From Azolla caroliniana (taxonomy: Eukaryota > Plantae > Polypodiophyta): a stretch of 64,000 bases of DNA. The notes under the pieces are model-generated. The model worked only from the letters and a program-made list of their open reading frames with translations. It searched no databases and was not told the origin of the DNA. The position numbers and the translations under genes were made by a program. Below, piece after piece: positions 1-13,445 of this stretch (positions within the stretch are counted from its first letter, which is position 1; each line of letters starts with the position of its first letter). The stretch covers positions 6,014,001-6,078,000 of the forward strand of contig JBHGNT010000008.1 in NCBI GenBank assembly GCA_043228905.1. Reading direction: 5' to 3'.

Positions 1-59
1 AGTGCTTACAGATACATCTCGACAAAATTCACGCACAACTGTTATTATACAACGTATGA

Positions 60-61
<2 letters not shown>

Positions 62-100
<39 letters not shown>
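62..100. repeat. (AG)n microsatellite
   Basis: Pure AG run downstream of H4. Confidence 0.95.
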
Positions 101-104
<4 letters not shown>

Positions 105-308
105 ATAGACATATGAGGACAATCACACCCTTTTATCACGCATCGGAGAGAACCATACTAATGAAAAACCCATCTATTTCAAACGATCGTTACATATACA
201 ATTCCAGAGTCACAAGACTAAAGGTGGATCCATGAAACAGAACTGGGAACACCAATCAGCAAGGGAAGAAATCAAGTCAAGCGAAACGCTATGGTGATAA
301 AAGAAAGA

Positions 309-650
<342 letters not shown>

Positions 651-885
651 TTAGGGTTTCCTTCTGTGTCTGTCTGTACGCGGGAGAAGGCGAAACGCTG
701 CAGAGAAACGGAAGAAACGGGTACTGATCCTTTCTGCTTTATTCTTCATCTGGTTTGATCTGCACCGTCCATTTCGCCCCTCCAGATCTAACGGCTCCCC
801 CATATTCAATGTCGCGGATCGATCCTGCTCCACATCGTTCGATGGGCGCCGCACGATGAGGCTGGCTTTGCCCACCATCTAACGG
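651..885 (-). promoter_or_regulatory. Histone H4 promoter/5' region motifs
   Basis: Plant histone octamer CGCGGATC at 813-820; telo-box (TTAGGGTTT on +) at 651-659; two TCTAACGG motifs (nonamer/MSA-like) at about 788-795 and 878-885. Confidence 0.7.
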
Positions 886-954
886 TGGAGAGCCACGGCC
901 TCGAGAAAACACAATTATCTCATCGGAGAGGCAAACCTCCCCGATGGCTGGGCT

Positions 955-1408
955 GGGACACACGTTGGCTTCTCGGGACACACCCATGATGGGCAAGACC
1001 CGCGTTGGCTTCCTGGGACACACCTTTCCCGATGTGTGGGTCCCGTGTTGGCTTACCGGGGACACACCACTGATGAATGGGACCCACGTTGGCTTCCGTG
1101 GACACACCTTTCATGGATGGGTCCCATGTTGGCCTCCCAGGACACACCTCCCAATGGGTGGGTCCCATGTTGGCTTATTGGGGACACACCTCTAATGAAT
1201 GGGACCCACGTTGGCTTCCATGGACACAACTCTCATTGGGCAGTACCCGTATTGGCTTCCCTGGACACACCTCTCAATGGGTGGTACTTGTGTTCGCTTC
1301 CCTGGACGCACCTCCCAATGGGTGGGACCCATGTTGGCTTATCGGGACACACCTCTCGATGGGTAGGACCTGCATTAGCTTCCTTGGAACATGCCCCCAA
1401 TGGGTAGG
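955..1408. repeat. ~41-bp minisatellite, about 11 units
   Basis: Consensus ~GGGACCCATGTTGGCTTCCCTGGACACACCTCTCAATGGGT; GTTGGC-like cores at 964, 1004, 1047, 1088, 1128, 1169, 1210, 1251, 1292, 1333, 1374. Confidence 0.9.
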
Positions 1409-1917
1409 GCTTGTAGTTTCAAGTACAACTAACACACTATTGTGTGACTAGAGGACGATGCTTGCTACCCATGGATAGACATATTGTCTTTTGTTTGTCT
1501 CCCTCGCTTACTACCCTCTTTACCTTTGTTCTCAGCTATTGGACCACCTACCTTGCCCTGCCCATCAACCCCAATTTTATTCCTTTCAACATTGTTGATT
1601 TCATATATGTATGTTCTACATATATCCAATGGCATGTCATAGATTTGCATTTTCGAAAAGGGGTGGCACAAAAAGATGGGAATAGTGTGGGTCAGATGTT
1701 AATACAAACTCCGTGGCATCTTTATATCCACGATGAGTATAATTAAGGAAGAAGAGTAAAACTATGTACTTACATCTACCTTGTACAAAACAAGGTCACG
1801 AATAAATGCTTAGACTTTGCAATAGGCATTCTCGGTCATGCGTAAGACTTGCAATCGTGTCACCATGTGCCATCTACGGGCATTCCATCTGCTCGCCAGG
1901 GTTACCGATGCTACTAT

Positions 1918-1963
1918 GAAGAAGAAGAAGAAGAAGAAGAAGAAGAAGAAGACGACGAAGAAG
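1918..1963. repeat. (GAA)n microsatellite
   Basis: GAA run with a GAC interruption. Confidence 0.9.
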
Positions 1964-2183
1964 ACTCGTTAGTAAGGGTAATAGAATCGTATACGGTACT
2001 ATGTACATACATAGATATGTATTGTACATCAAGTCGATACTACGACAACCTGACTTGACGGGATTGAGAGATGGAGTGTGTTTGTTTCTTGTGGACATGG
2101 AGAGATGGCCGGACAAATATAAAGCCAAGCAGCTGCCCAAGTGTGAAACCGTCCATCTCCCTCCCCTTCCAGTTCTGCACGCC

Positions 2184-2192
2184 AAACCCTAA
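2184..2192 (+). promoter_or_regulatory. Telo-box upstream of RPL28
   Basis: AAACCCTAA (followed by a further CCCTAA) in the pyrimidine-rich 5' region; typical of plant ribosomal protein genes. Confidence 0.7.
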
Positions 2193-2650
2193 CCCTAATC
2201 TCAACGCCTCCTCCTCTCTGAAGCTTCTCCATTGCTCTTCCTCCCTCTTAATCTACATACTTCTCTTCTGCATTCCCTGCAGATCCGCCCCCCCTCTGCC
2301 CTCTCTCCCGACGACGGCTGCAACGTCGGAGAAGAAGAAGAAGAATCAGCAGCTTCAGGTACTTGCACGCCTTTTCCCTGCGCCTTTGTCTCTCCTCCAT
2401 TGCCATTCGCTACGTATCTTCACCTGTTCTTCTTTTGGTGTCTAATGTTTCTGACGATGTATTAAATCTCTCCATCTTCTCCTTTTTCCAACCTCATATT
2501 TGTCGTGTTTCTCATCCCCGGTTGTGTTTTCTCCATCGTTTTCGCTTTTCGGCATCTGTTTTCACCTGCTTGTATGTACGATACGTGTGTATGGAATCAC
2601 CTTTGTGTTTCTATTGTCTATTCTCTGATATGGTCCAATCACTAGCAGAA

Positions 2651-4413
2651 ATGGCCGCCGTCTCCTCAGATTTGCTGTGGCAACTCGTGAAGAAGAACAA
2701 CAGGTTCCTTGTGAAGAGGAATGGAAACGGCAGCAACTCCATGCAGTTCAGCAGCGAGCTCAATAACCTCTACAACCTTAATACCTTCAAGTATTCAGGT
2801 AAAGTTCTGATTTCAAATTCATATTCAATATGGTATAGATGTTCAGTGTATAATGCATTGAAGTACTCAGGTGAAACTTTGTATTTGTATGGAAGCAAAG
2901 TTGTGTTTCATGCTAGGGCTTGATTATCTGAATTCAGGGCCCAATGTAGATATCCACTTATTTTACTCAAAGTGTAATCAATCTTGTACTTTCTCCTTTG
3001 GAAGAGAAATGCATTTTATATTTTCTGCATTTTTCTTCATCGACTTAGTCTTCAATGTGAATGCTAATTCATCTGATATGGCAATGCATCTTTCATGTTA
3101 TTCATTTTTATTCAGGCATGAATGTGAAAAATCTTGTATCTTCTGGTTGTATTCTTAACTCAGTGTATGAGTGTAATGCATCTTACTTAAATCTGTATAT
3201 ATAATGATCTGATGTATGGAAAATTTACCTTACCTCACATGAATTTGAAAAATCTTGTGTATTACTTACACAGGCTTGGCAAACAAGAAAACTGTATCCA
3301 TTACTCCTGGTAGTGATCTTACCGTTTTCCTTGCTACAACAAAGACAAAGAAAAGTACCAAACCTAGAGATTCTGTGAATAGGTGTCTGTTGAAGAGAGA
3401 TGTAAGGCGTATGGCCGCAGTTATTGAGAACCAGGTATGGTCAGGATTCTGAGCTATAAAATATCGTCTTATAGTTACAATTAGATGAATGCAGATGAGT
3501 AAAATCACTGAAAGTTGGAATTCATAAGTATTGACCTTTGACTCTCAATGCTTAAAGATGAGTATTTGGGTAAAAATATGTGTCTAATTGCTGAGCTTTG
3601 TTAATATGCATGAATTGTAGGTAAGAAAGAGAAGATAATCACTTGGCTTTTCCCATTGCAAGATGTTTAACTATCAAGTTACAACAAATTGATCCCAACT
3701 TTTTTGAATGATAAATCTTTTCCCTTGCAATCAATGCAGATGGCTAATTTACAGGAAAATCTATTATTATCGGGTACTAGTGGTGCTTAAATATCAGATA
3801 AATTATAATATTCTGATATTACAGTGTGAAAAGATCAGATGTTTCTTCCTTGTAAGTTGATGCATGTATTAGTTCTATGGCTTGCATCAGACTTGCACAA
3901 TACTTGCTGTTGTTTTGATGTGTTGTCTAACTAGAATCATGCAAAGGTTTTTTAGTGCTAGCCTCTAGGTACTGTTGATGAAATATATGTTTAAAGTATT
4001 TGTAGAAAGTTTTGATATTTTGCCATGTGGAAAAATACAATTTTTTTCTCATGGTGCTGGATAGTGTTAAACCTAGTAGTGTAGGCTTTTCTCTCGAATA
4101 TGTATTCACGCTAACTTCTATAGAGGCTCTCTTTGAAAGAAACTGAACACTTTGACTTCATGAATGAATCATAAATTGGATTCCCTGATATTAGAAAATT
4201 AGAAAGTAATGCTCCTTGAAAATGCACTTTTTGTTTTTCTGTATTTTGCTGAAGTGTATGCAAAACAATGTTTTGTAGGTGGTTGCAAATGGCTATCGTC
4301 CAGACTTGAAGAAAGCAGCACTAGCAAAGTTAAGTTCTATTCACAAAAGTCTTCGTGTGGCAAAATCAGGAGTTATTAAAAAGGCTGGTAAATCATTGAG
4401 AAAGTCCACATAA
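2651..4413 (+). CDS. RPL28: 60S ribosomal protein L28 (eL28), 147 aa
   Basis: Exons 2651-2798, 3274-3434 and 4279-4413 with GT-AG introns join in frame: [23 protein letters not shown]...[21 protein letters not shown]...[22 protein letters not shown]. Probable 5' UTR intron 2359-2648. Confidence 0.95.
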
Positions 4414-7129
4414 ACTTTGTGTGTAAACTATACCCTAGTTTCATTTCGAACTAGCATAGAATTGAAGTGGAAACCACTGCTTTGGCATAATACAATTTTG
4501 TTGTTTACCTCCAAACATGGCATCCTTGAGTGATTAACTATGACATCTGCTAGTATTTTTGAGGCTTGGCTTGATATAGTGTTTATGAGCGTGATTATTT
4601 GGTTACTAGACTTGCTAACAAATAAATTGTGTGTGGATGATATTTGTCGTGAGTCATATTTCACATTTTGTTATTTCTGCATTTCTCTGATGGATGCTGA
4701 GTAATAGGAGTGGGATCCTTTTGAATTGATTAGTTACTACTTTGGATGCATAATCGCTTTCAGAGTAACATTTAGGTTTAGATGTTTTATATTGCGTCAT
4801 TCACGTAAATAATGTGATCATGATCTCTTCTAAACAGAAACATTGGATGGATATAAGTTTGCAGACAACAAATGGAAAATCGCATTTGGATCTGTATATA
4901 TATATATATATATATATATAATTCACTTGAGACTTTGTTTACAATAAAAATTTACTATATATAGAGTATTGTAATTCACCTTCATGATACTCACAGAATT
5001 TTTTAAGTTTTAAATTGTTCATCTGTTTGTTCTTATAGAAATAAGTTGACATATTTCTTATAGGGGGGTTACCTTGTAACATTACCTTCACCACTGCTGT
5101 ATTTTGGGTTCATAGAATAGTAATAGTTAATTTTAAAGAAAACAACAATAAACTTGAGTTCTCTTGCTGATGAAAGCAACATGGAAAGTAGCAATGTTGA
5201 AGCATCAGGAATATGAGTTACATGACGGAAGGTGAAATCAATTTTTTCTGAAGTGTATGTATTACTATGTTGACTGATGGAACATGTTTGAAGAAATCAA
5301 TCCAACATTTCTCACAGTTGTTTTAGAACCAAACAGTTGAGGTGCAAGGTACTTCATAATTTACTGAGAACTAGCACAATGATATGTTGACATTTGTTTC
5401 CATGTTCCACGAGTGGAACCTGTGATTTCTACTTGATGGAGGTCTCAAGCTTTCAGCTATTTCATGTATATATGAAAAAATATCTCCTCATCATCTAGTC
5501 TGCATGGTTTTGTCGCAACAAGTGGTATTTGGAATGAATCTTGCATGCCAAATCCATTATCCACATAACAAGTGACAGAACAGTTGATGGCTGCAATGAT
5601 ACCATTCTAGTTACATCCGTGTGGATGTGTAGTAGGATAAACTATATCCATAATTAGATTACTTACCTTTTTAGAGACTACGAGATTACCCAAGAGAGTT
5701 CACCTATTTGCAATACTAATTGTACCATGTTTCAAAGTTAGTAGAATGACAATCGGCACAAAACAATACAATTTAAGAAATAAACCTTACAAGCAAAACA
5801 CCAAACTTATTTATTGAAATGTCCTACAAACCAAACTCAAATATGAAAGTGCCATTGCATACCAATTTTGACTTGATTTAAACCAGATGTAATCTCATTA
5901 CCTCCACCAACTCAATGAGGAGATTACAAAAGGGAAAATCATTGCATCTTCTTGTGTGTGTGTGTGTGTGTGTTTGGTTTTTGGACATCCAAAATGTTTG
6001 CATGTGATGATATTATCATGAGTTAATACACTGTTTCACAAACAATATTGCGTCCTTGCAAGTGTTGCTAAATGTTTGTAATGAATATGCATTGTGGATA
6101 AGATTGCGCATACTCTTTACAAAATAGCAATTGATGCATGTGCACAAGGTAAGCCCAAATCATGACACCTTTCATTGGCTACGTGTTAATGTGTGTCAGA
6201 GTTGTATCTCACAAGCAACATTACTTCCAATCTCACAAGATTCTTTGATGACTTCCTTTGCATATCTAACCAATGCATTAAGTGATGCAACCCCAACAAA
6301 ATGCCTTGATTTTTTATTATTAACCCTTCTATCTTTCATAAAACCATGACATTACCTTCTAGCATATCAATTCCATTATACATTAGAATAAGTGTGCATA
6401 TGTCTACCCTTTCACAACCACCCAATTTATGACCAAGCAAAGTTGAATGTCAAATGTGTAATACTTTCCCAGGCATGTATGCATGAGTAATTAGCTAAAA
6501 TTCACAAAAGCTTCACATATTAAGATAGATTCAACATAAATGTGATTTTGCATGATCCCTCACACTCCTCAAAGCTCTTTTAAGGATTCGAACTACCTTT
6601 CCCACACCAAAGCCATGACATCTCACTACAAGGTAGATTTAGGATAACCAAGGTTGTGATTGATGGTCAAAAATCAAATAATAGAGTAGAATTAGAGATA
6701 CAAAGGATGGAGTTGACATTAAAACATCAAATAGTAAAGTGAATTGAGAAAATCAAAAGGTAAATGTAGTGGGCTTTGTACATTGGTGATCTTTTAGTGT
6801 TGGATAGGCCAATTTCTTAGGCCCTATGCGTACATCTTCAATCATAAAGAAGGACGATGTATGTGAAAGAGAACCATGATTCATCCTTTTTTACAACATC
6901 TGAGTGCTCATATAAGTTCTTATAATGCATGGATGAGTACATAAGTGTAGAGAGAGCAACCATTATTAATCAAATGCTAATCACTCAATATAATAAACTA
7001 TGATTAACATTTATATGAGATGAGAGGCTTAGACTCATTACTTACGATGATTGGAAGGGGGTAGTAGGATACATGGACTAAGGTATGAAGACGATCTCAA
7101 TGTATAACGCAACACATGTTGCTTTAGCA

Positions 7130-7233
7130 AATCATGGAATACATGTGTGTGCTCCAGGAAGAACACTTGAATGTAATTGCGTCGTTGATGTAGCACATAT
7201 TGTTATGTCTTCTCCTAACATACCCTACCATCA

Positions 7234-7272
<39 letters not shown>

Positions 7273-7490
7273 TAATGCATTGACATGATCATCATGACAA
7301 TTAAGTGTATCATGTCAATGCATAATACAATTGATCCATGCTGCTTCAACTGATCATGCAATACATGGGTGTGCTCCGAGAAGAACTCTTGAATGTAGTC
7401 GGGTCGTTGGACATAGCACACATTGTTCTTTCTTGTCTTCTGCCAACCATCACATCATGATCATGATCATGAGCATCATCAATCATCATC
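7130..7490. repeat. Degenerate ~220-bp tandem duplication with (ATC)n tracts
   Basis: ATCATG-AATACATG-GTGTGCTCC-GAAGAAC-CTTGAATGTA...TAGCACA block at about 7131 and 7353, each followed by CAT/ATC repeats. Confidence 0.7.
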
Positions 7491-7621
7491 ATAGGAGGAT
7501 CCATCTCTTTGCTCTCTTCTGTTTCTCTTTGCTAAACTTGCCTCTTTGAGACACTGAGCCCTCCTCTCCTCTTCTTCTTCTTCTTCAATGTAGATTTCTC
7601 TCCCCAAAACTTGCCCTTTTA

Positions 7622-7663
<42 letters not shown>

Positions 7664-7760
7664 CATCTCTTCATGTTTTCTTCAACAAAACTCTTCTTTA
7701 TGCTTTTAATTTGTTCAATCAGACATTTCTTCTTCTTCTTCTCCTCCTCCTCCTCCTCCA

Positions 7761-10700
7761 ATGGACCTCCCCACAGCTTTCTCTGAGGAGCCCAACTCCT
7801 ACTATAACCATGGTTGGCAAAAGGTCACAAATCCAAAGAAAACAAAGAGACAAGAAACTACCTCCTCTGCTAAATCCAAGACTAAACCTATTGGATCCAT
7901 TCTTCTCTCTGATACCCATATCTTCCAAGCTCTGGAAAAAGAAACAGAGCAGAAAAGAGCAAACAGAGATGCTCTTCTCAATTCTCTACTTCAACCACAC
8001 CAACAAGGGCACGGCGAAGTTTCTATCTCCTCTTCTCTTGTGGGTCGTTCATCAGACAGTGATGAAGAAGGAGAAGAAGAATTTAGAGACGGCAACAGCT
8101 CTGTTCTTCTTGTTGATGGTGAAGTTCAAAAAAAACCAAAGAGTAAAAAACCCAAAAAACCTAAAGTTACTGTTGCTGAGGCAGCATCTTCCATTGATTC
8201 TTCAGAATTTTCGTCCTTCTTGACTCAGATAACTGTGAGTACTTGCTTCATTCATTGCTCCCTCGTTTAGTTGTACATTTCTGCTTATTATTATTACTAT
8301 TATTATTATTGAATTTCGATGAGTTTCCATTGTTCTGATGTATTATATGTGTATTCGTCACTTACCTCTATTATCAAATGTCAAGTGTTGGACTCCATTT
8401 TGAATTTTGATTTCCTTCATACATGTAATCATTGTTGATGTGGGTTATCAAATACCGAGTTTGGGTTCAGTTTTTCATTGGTATGATCATCGGCTATGAA
8501 TATTTTCTCATTTCTTGATTTTGGAGTTTTCCTATACACCTGCATTGAGTAGATCATAATTATGTATTCATCCTTTTCCTTATGTTTTAAATTTTACATT
8601 TGGATGTATCATAATTTTGCATTGAAATGGATCATAAACATGTTTTCACTGTTTATTAATTTGAGGTTCAGTCGGAATTAGCATTGAAATTGAGGATCAT
8701 ACATGTATTAAGCATCTAGATTGGAGAATCCTGTTCAGAATTTGCATTTGAATGATCATTCATGTATTTTTTTCTTTGCTTATAGATTATGAAGTTTGGC
8801 CTGAATTTTTATTGAAATAATTTAATTTTAATAATTAAATTGATAACTGAAATGAATCATATAAATAATTATTGTCTATATTGATTTTTATTGATCATTA
8901 GTTTTTTACATGAATTACCATCAGAATAGTTTACACACAAATTTTGTCACTTATGGTTATTTTGGTTATTACAATTGCATCGAAATGAATTGTATTTTGT
9001 TTTTATTCTATTTTCTATTGTTATATTTTGGTCTGATTAGTATTGAAATGGGTCACACACGTTCAATGTTTATGTAAATTGGTAGTTTTGGGAATTAGAG
9101 TTGAAATGGGTCACACATGTATTTGTTGTTTCCTAAATGGTATCAAATAGATTGCGAATGCACTCATTGTTTAAATTGAGTAGTAAGTTTGCCCTGAACT
9201 TACATTAGCAGTTTGTTTATAATTAAGTTTTTGATCTGAGCTAGCATTGAAATGGATAGATGTTTTAATCTTGATAAGTGTAGGTTGTAGTTCATGCATA
9301 TATTCTTTTCCAGAGTGTTTAGGGTTTATACGATGTTCAGAAAAACTCATTTCTGAGGCCTTATGATGTGTTAATATAATTTATGCACGCATATCATTTG
9401 GGGATAGATTTGACTTTATCATTCATCGTGTGGATATGTATATGTGGCTTATAAAGTTGATTGAATTATCAGGAATCATTTGGAGAGTTACCAGATGTGC
9501 AGTTGATGCGTTTTGCGGATTATTTTGGGAGGGCTTTCAATCAAGTGACACCTACCCAATTTGGATGGAACAAGATTCTGAAAGAGTCATCCCTTGTCAA
9601 GGCTATAGATGTAAGTTCCAGGAATTTGTTTCTTCAAATACTGGAGTTGCAGAAGTGAATTAATTCAATGACTTGTTTGCATACTTAAATTATTTATTTA
9701 GGTACCCTTATGCTATATTAACGAGTCTATAATCAAGATTGCAAATGATTGGTTAGCAGCCAGGCCTGTGAATGCTCTTGCTGAATTTGTCCTTTGGGGA
9801 TTGAATGATATTGTTAATGATATGCAACCTCATCAGAGTCCTCAGAAGGGATCAAAAGGTGCAGTGGCCCCTTCATCAAAGACGAAGGCAAGTAATGTCT
9901 TTTGCCTGACATTTGATGATTTCTTTAGGACTTTCAACATTATAAATAGCTATTTGATTGTAAGAATTTATTGCTTGAAAACTGTTTGATAATCTGTTTA
10001 ATTTGATTGGAAGAGATCATTGCTTGGATACTATTTGATAATCTATTTATGACTTTCAACTTTACAAATTGTTAGCAATTTGGTCGTAAGAAATTAATGC
10101 TTGTATGTATGCAGATTGGTATTCTGGTAGTTCTTGCATTGACTCTGCGAAAGAGGCCCGAGTCATTACTGCATAAAGCTGATGTTTTGAGGACTAGTCC
10201 TCAGTTCCAAGGTCAAGACAAGCTTATGATGCTGGCTTGGGCTTATGGGCAGGTGAGGAATATTGTGACGGGCTAACACACTGGAACATATAAAATCTTT
10301 TGTTTCAGTTATTGGGAGCTTCTTTTTTGAATTTTAAAGATTCAGAGTATAGCCATTCCCTAGATAATGTAGTTTTGATTAAAATATTGGCACAGGTTGC
10401 TCTAGGAGATTTGGTAGTTGGTATGCAAGTTTGGGTGCAAAATCTTTTGCCACTTGCTTGTAGCAAAGCTAGTACACCGGGGTCAAGAGACATCGCTCTG
10501 CAGTTTGCTGAAAGGTATGCATGTGAAAATAGAAATAGTATAGTTTTTTTCATTCTTTATGATTGAGTGTTCCTTTCACAATGGTCACTGTGCATTCTTC
10601 TGTGCTGCTCATCTTGCCTTGTTTTTCTTTTTAAATCTTGATTGACCATGTTTTGTCTTATGTTCCGAGTAATTTGGAGGAATTTAATTTCAAGATATTA

Positions 10701-13445
10701 ATTGTGAATTCACTCGAATTTTGTTCTCTACTATGCAGTATTATTTTTAGCAACTTGAAGAAGGCTCGACCCATCCTTCAGAATGGGGCATCAAGAAAGG
10801 GAGAGAGGCTTGTACCCCCTGTTGCATTATACTCTCTGATGCAATCTACTTTTCCATCTGACACTGCTCGCACAAAAGTATGCCTCAGCTATCTAGGATT
10901 TGAAGTCTGGCTCATTGATTTGTTTTGTTTTGTACTTGTGTTGTGTTTTTAGTCTACTTGTTGCTTCATATGTTCAGAGTTTGTAGTCTCCCTTGTTAAT
11001 TTGTTTTGTAACTATCTTGTGGTTTTAATTTTACTTGCAAATATTTTTTATTTCCTTCATACTGGCTTATTTTCATTATCCGTTTGATCAAAATGGGCTA
11101 TATACACATCAATATTGCCAAAACCTGTGATATCCATCTTCATTGCCATATGTTTTGCAGGCAACAGAACGGTTTGGGGTTATATATCCCTTAGTTAAGG
11201 AACTTGCACTAGCTGGTCCAAATAGAAGCAAGGCAACAAGGCCTGTAGCACAACAATTGCTGCCATTATGTCTTGATTCAGCATGTGAAGGTATATTCTA
11301 GACCAAGTTATAATTATTGTTTTAATGTAAGAGTATTATTATTAAAAGGATCCCAAAGCTGTTTGAATTTGTGTGAGCCTATGCTGTGGCACTGACGAGA
11401 TTAGTATCCAGCTATTGGGATACAAAATTCATTTACATTTAGTCTCTTCTCTAGCAAAACGTGTACCATCATCAAGCTTACTAGCTCGGGAAATAAATAA
11501 TTATTCTGAAAACTAAAGATTCTCACAATTCTGACTTTCGAAAGATGTGAAACTGCAAGCATAATGGGTTGTTTCTGAAATGAGCAAAACAACAGGGTTG
11601 AACCATGCACATGATAATCGGGCAATCCATCACTTTGATTCATTTGTGATTCAGCGTATCAGGCTTTCTTTCCCACTGTGTGATACATCTCTCATTTTTT
11701 GGAAAATTCTAGGACTTTTAGATAAGTTAAAAGTTTTTTTGCCTTGCTGTGACATTCTGCCTGTGTGAGTTAGTATGGAATTTCTATACAAAGTATTTCA
11801 TGGTGAGTTCAGCGAAAAGCTATTTTCAAGAGCAAATAGCATAAATGATCATCGTATGGTGGTCCATATCCAGTGATTGCAGCCCAACTTCTGCCATTGA
11901 TACTTATTAAACATTTTACAAGTCCTAGATCCAAATGGCCTTGGGCATAGAAACCGAATGTTCTAGTGTATGTGAGTAGAATATTAATGTAGTACGTTTT
12001 GTACTCCATGCCCTTTCAACAGATTTAGATCATCCACCCACAAATCATGTCTTTCAATTGAGAGATAAAACATGTCTTAACAGATTTAGCCAATTTTTGG
12101 AGAGATGGTTTAATTGAGTATTTCTTCAAAAAGATACTGCAATTTGATAGAAGAACTCTCTTTTTGCAGAGGTGCCTGCTCTGGTTCATGAAGCATGTGA
12201 TTTGTTCATCTGGTGCTTATCTCAGAACAATGATTGTTTCAAGCAGTGGGTGAGGATCTTTACCTTTAAAAATGTTAATTTTATGTACCAATGTTGAATG
12301 TAGTATATATGGGTGAGGATTTACTACACATTATATATATAAGATAAGTATTCATTTTATGATGTACATAACGTGTATGTAGTATATATATTGCATTTAA
12401 AAGGTGTATATATATGCCTACTATAACCAAGTTTCCCCCCTATACATGTATTGTCTTAAACTACATTTTATTCCCTTAGGAAAAGCTTCACTTGGAGAAG
12501 TTAGATGGGAGCATCAAAGTACTGAGTTATATATGTGAGGAATGGAAAGTACTGGTTGGGAGACTCCATCCACTAGATGAATTGAAGAGGGAAATTGAAA
12601 TCTTAAGTGCCAAGGTATGTAAAATGTGTTTTATTCTGAGCATGTAGAACATAGGAAATTATACAAAGTTTAAACAAATTTTACTGAATTTAGATTCACT
12701 CAGAATCACATAAAAATGTGTGAAGACTTGTAATTCCACTAATTTTAATATGCTAAGATAAGCCAATTAATCGTCAAATTCAAGTGGATTTATTTGAAAC
12801 CCTTAAATAGATTGGGTGGTTTAATCACTCTTAATTCTAGCCTTGAAATTTATTTCACCGAATCCTGAAGGACTGAAGCTATAAACAAACCAATCAAATT
12901 TCTGATTGTTGTTTTGTAAATATAGTCATGTAAAAAGAGACTTGGAATTTTGTAGACATTAAAAGAAACAGAAATTCAAAATTCGCAGGACAGCTTAGAA
13001 CTAAAAATGTAGTGTTACTATTTACCCTTTTAGAAAAAATGGAAGTCCAAAAATTTAACATGTAGTTTAGCAAAAATCTGCCAGATGTTAATAAAAACAA
13101 AAACCTTCTGTATATTTGGCTGTGAATGCTCAAAAATAATAATAGTGGCAAGTGGCTGCATCCATGGCTTTCTTTTAGATTTTTATTAAGTGCAGGTAAT
13201 TTTATACTTACAAATTATTAATATTTATGTTTGATAAGAATCACAAAGCATTAGAAAGAGCAAAGTTGGATCGGAATCTGAAGTCAGAAAGAATGCTGAA
13301 GGTTGGTGAGAAGCATATGAAAGTGTTAAAGAGGAGGCTAGGGGGAACTGGCCCTTGCTTCAAAGCAATGGCGACATTGGTTGCTGGTGTTGGCATAGCA
13401 TATGGTTGTTATCTTCTAAAATTTGATCTCTCTCACTTACGGTGA
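7761..13445 (+). CDS. TMEM214: Transmembrane protein 214-like (DUF2359)
   Basis: Phase-consistent exons 7761-8234, 9473-9610, 9702-9887, 10115-10252, 10396-10514, 10739-10877, 11161-11290, 12170-12249, 12480-12614, 13239-13445. Motifs HGWQKVTNPKK, DVQLMRFADYFGRAF, RKGERLVPP, KATERF, WCLSQNNDCFKQW and a C-terminal hydrophobic segment match plant TMEM214. The 3' end could instead splice at CG|GTGAG (13442). Confidence 0.88.

Noticed and set aside
955-1451. Repeat array as a CRISPR, or the overlapping repetitive ORFs as genes
   Set aside because: Units are contiguous with no unique spacers, there are no cas genes, the context is eukaryotic, and the ORFs are by-products of the repeat.
5300-7000. 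Possible DNA-transposon remnant
   Set aside because: Looks like decayed coding sequence, but I could not identify a motif, TIR or TSD.
11855-11910. GGPYPVIAAQLLPLIL in a TMEM214 intron, echoing the previous exon (VAQQLLPLCL)
   Set aside because: Similarity is too short and there are no convincing splice sites; probably chance.
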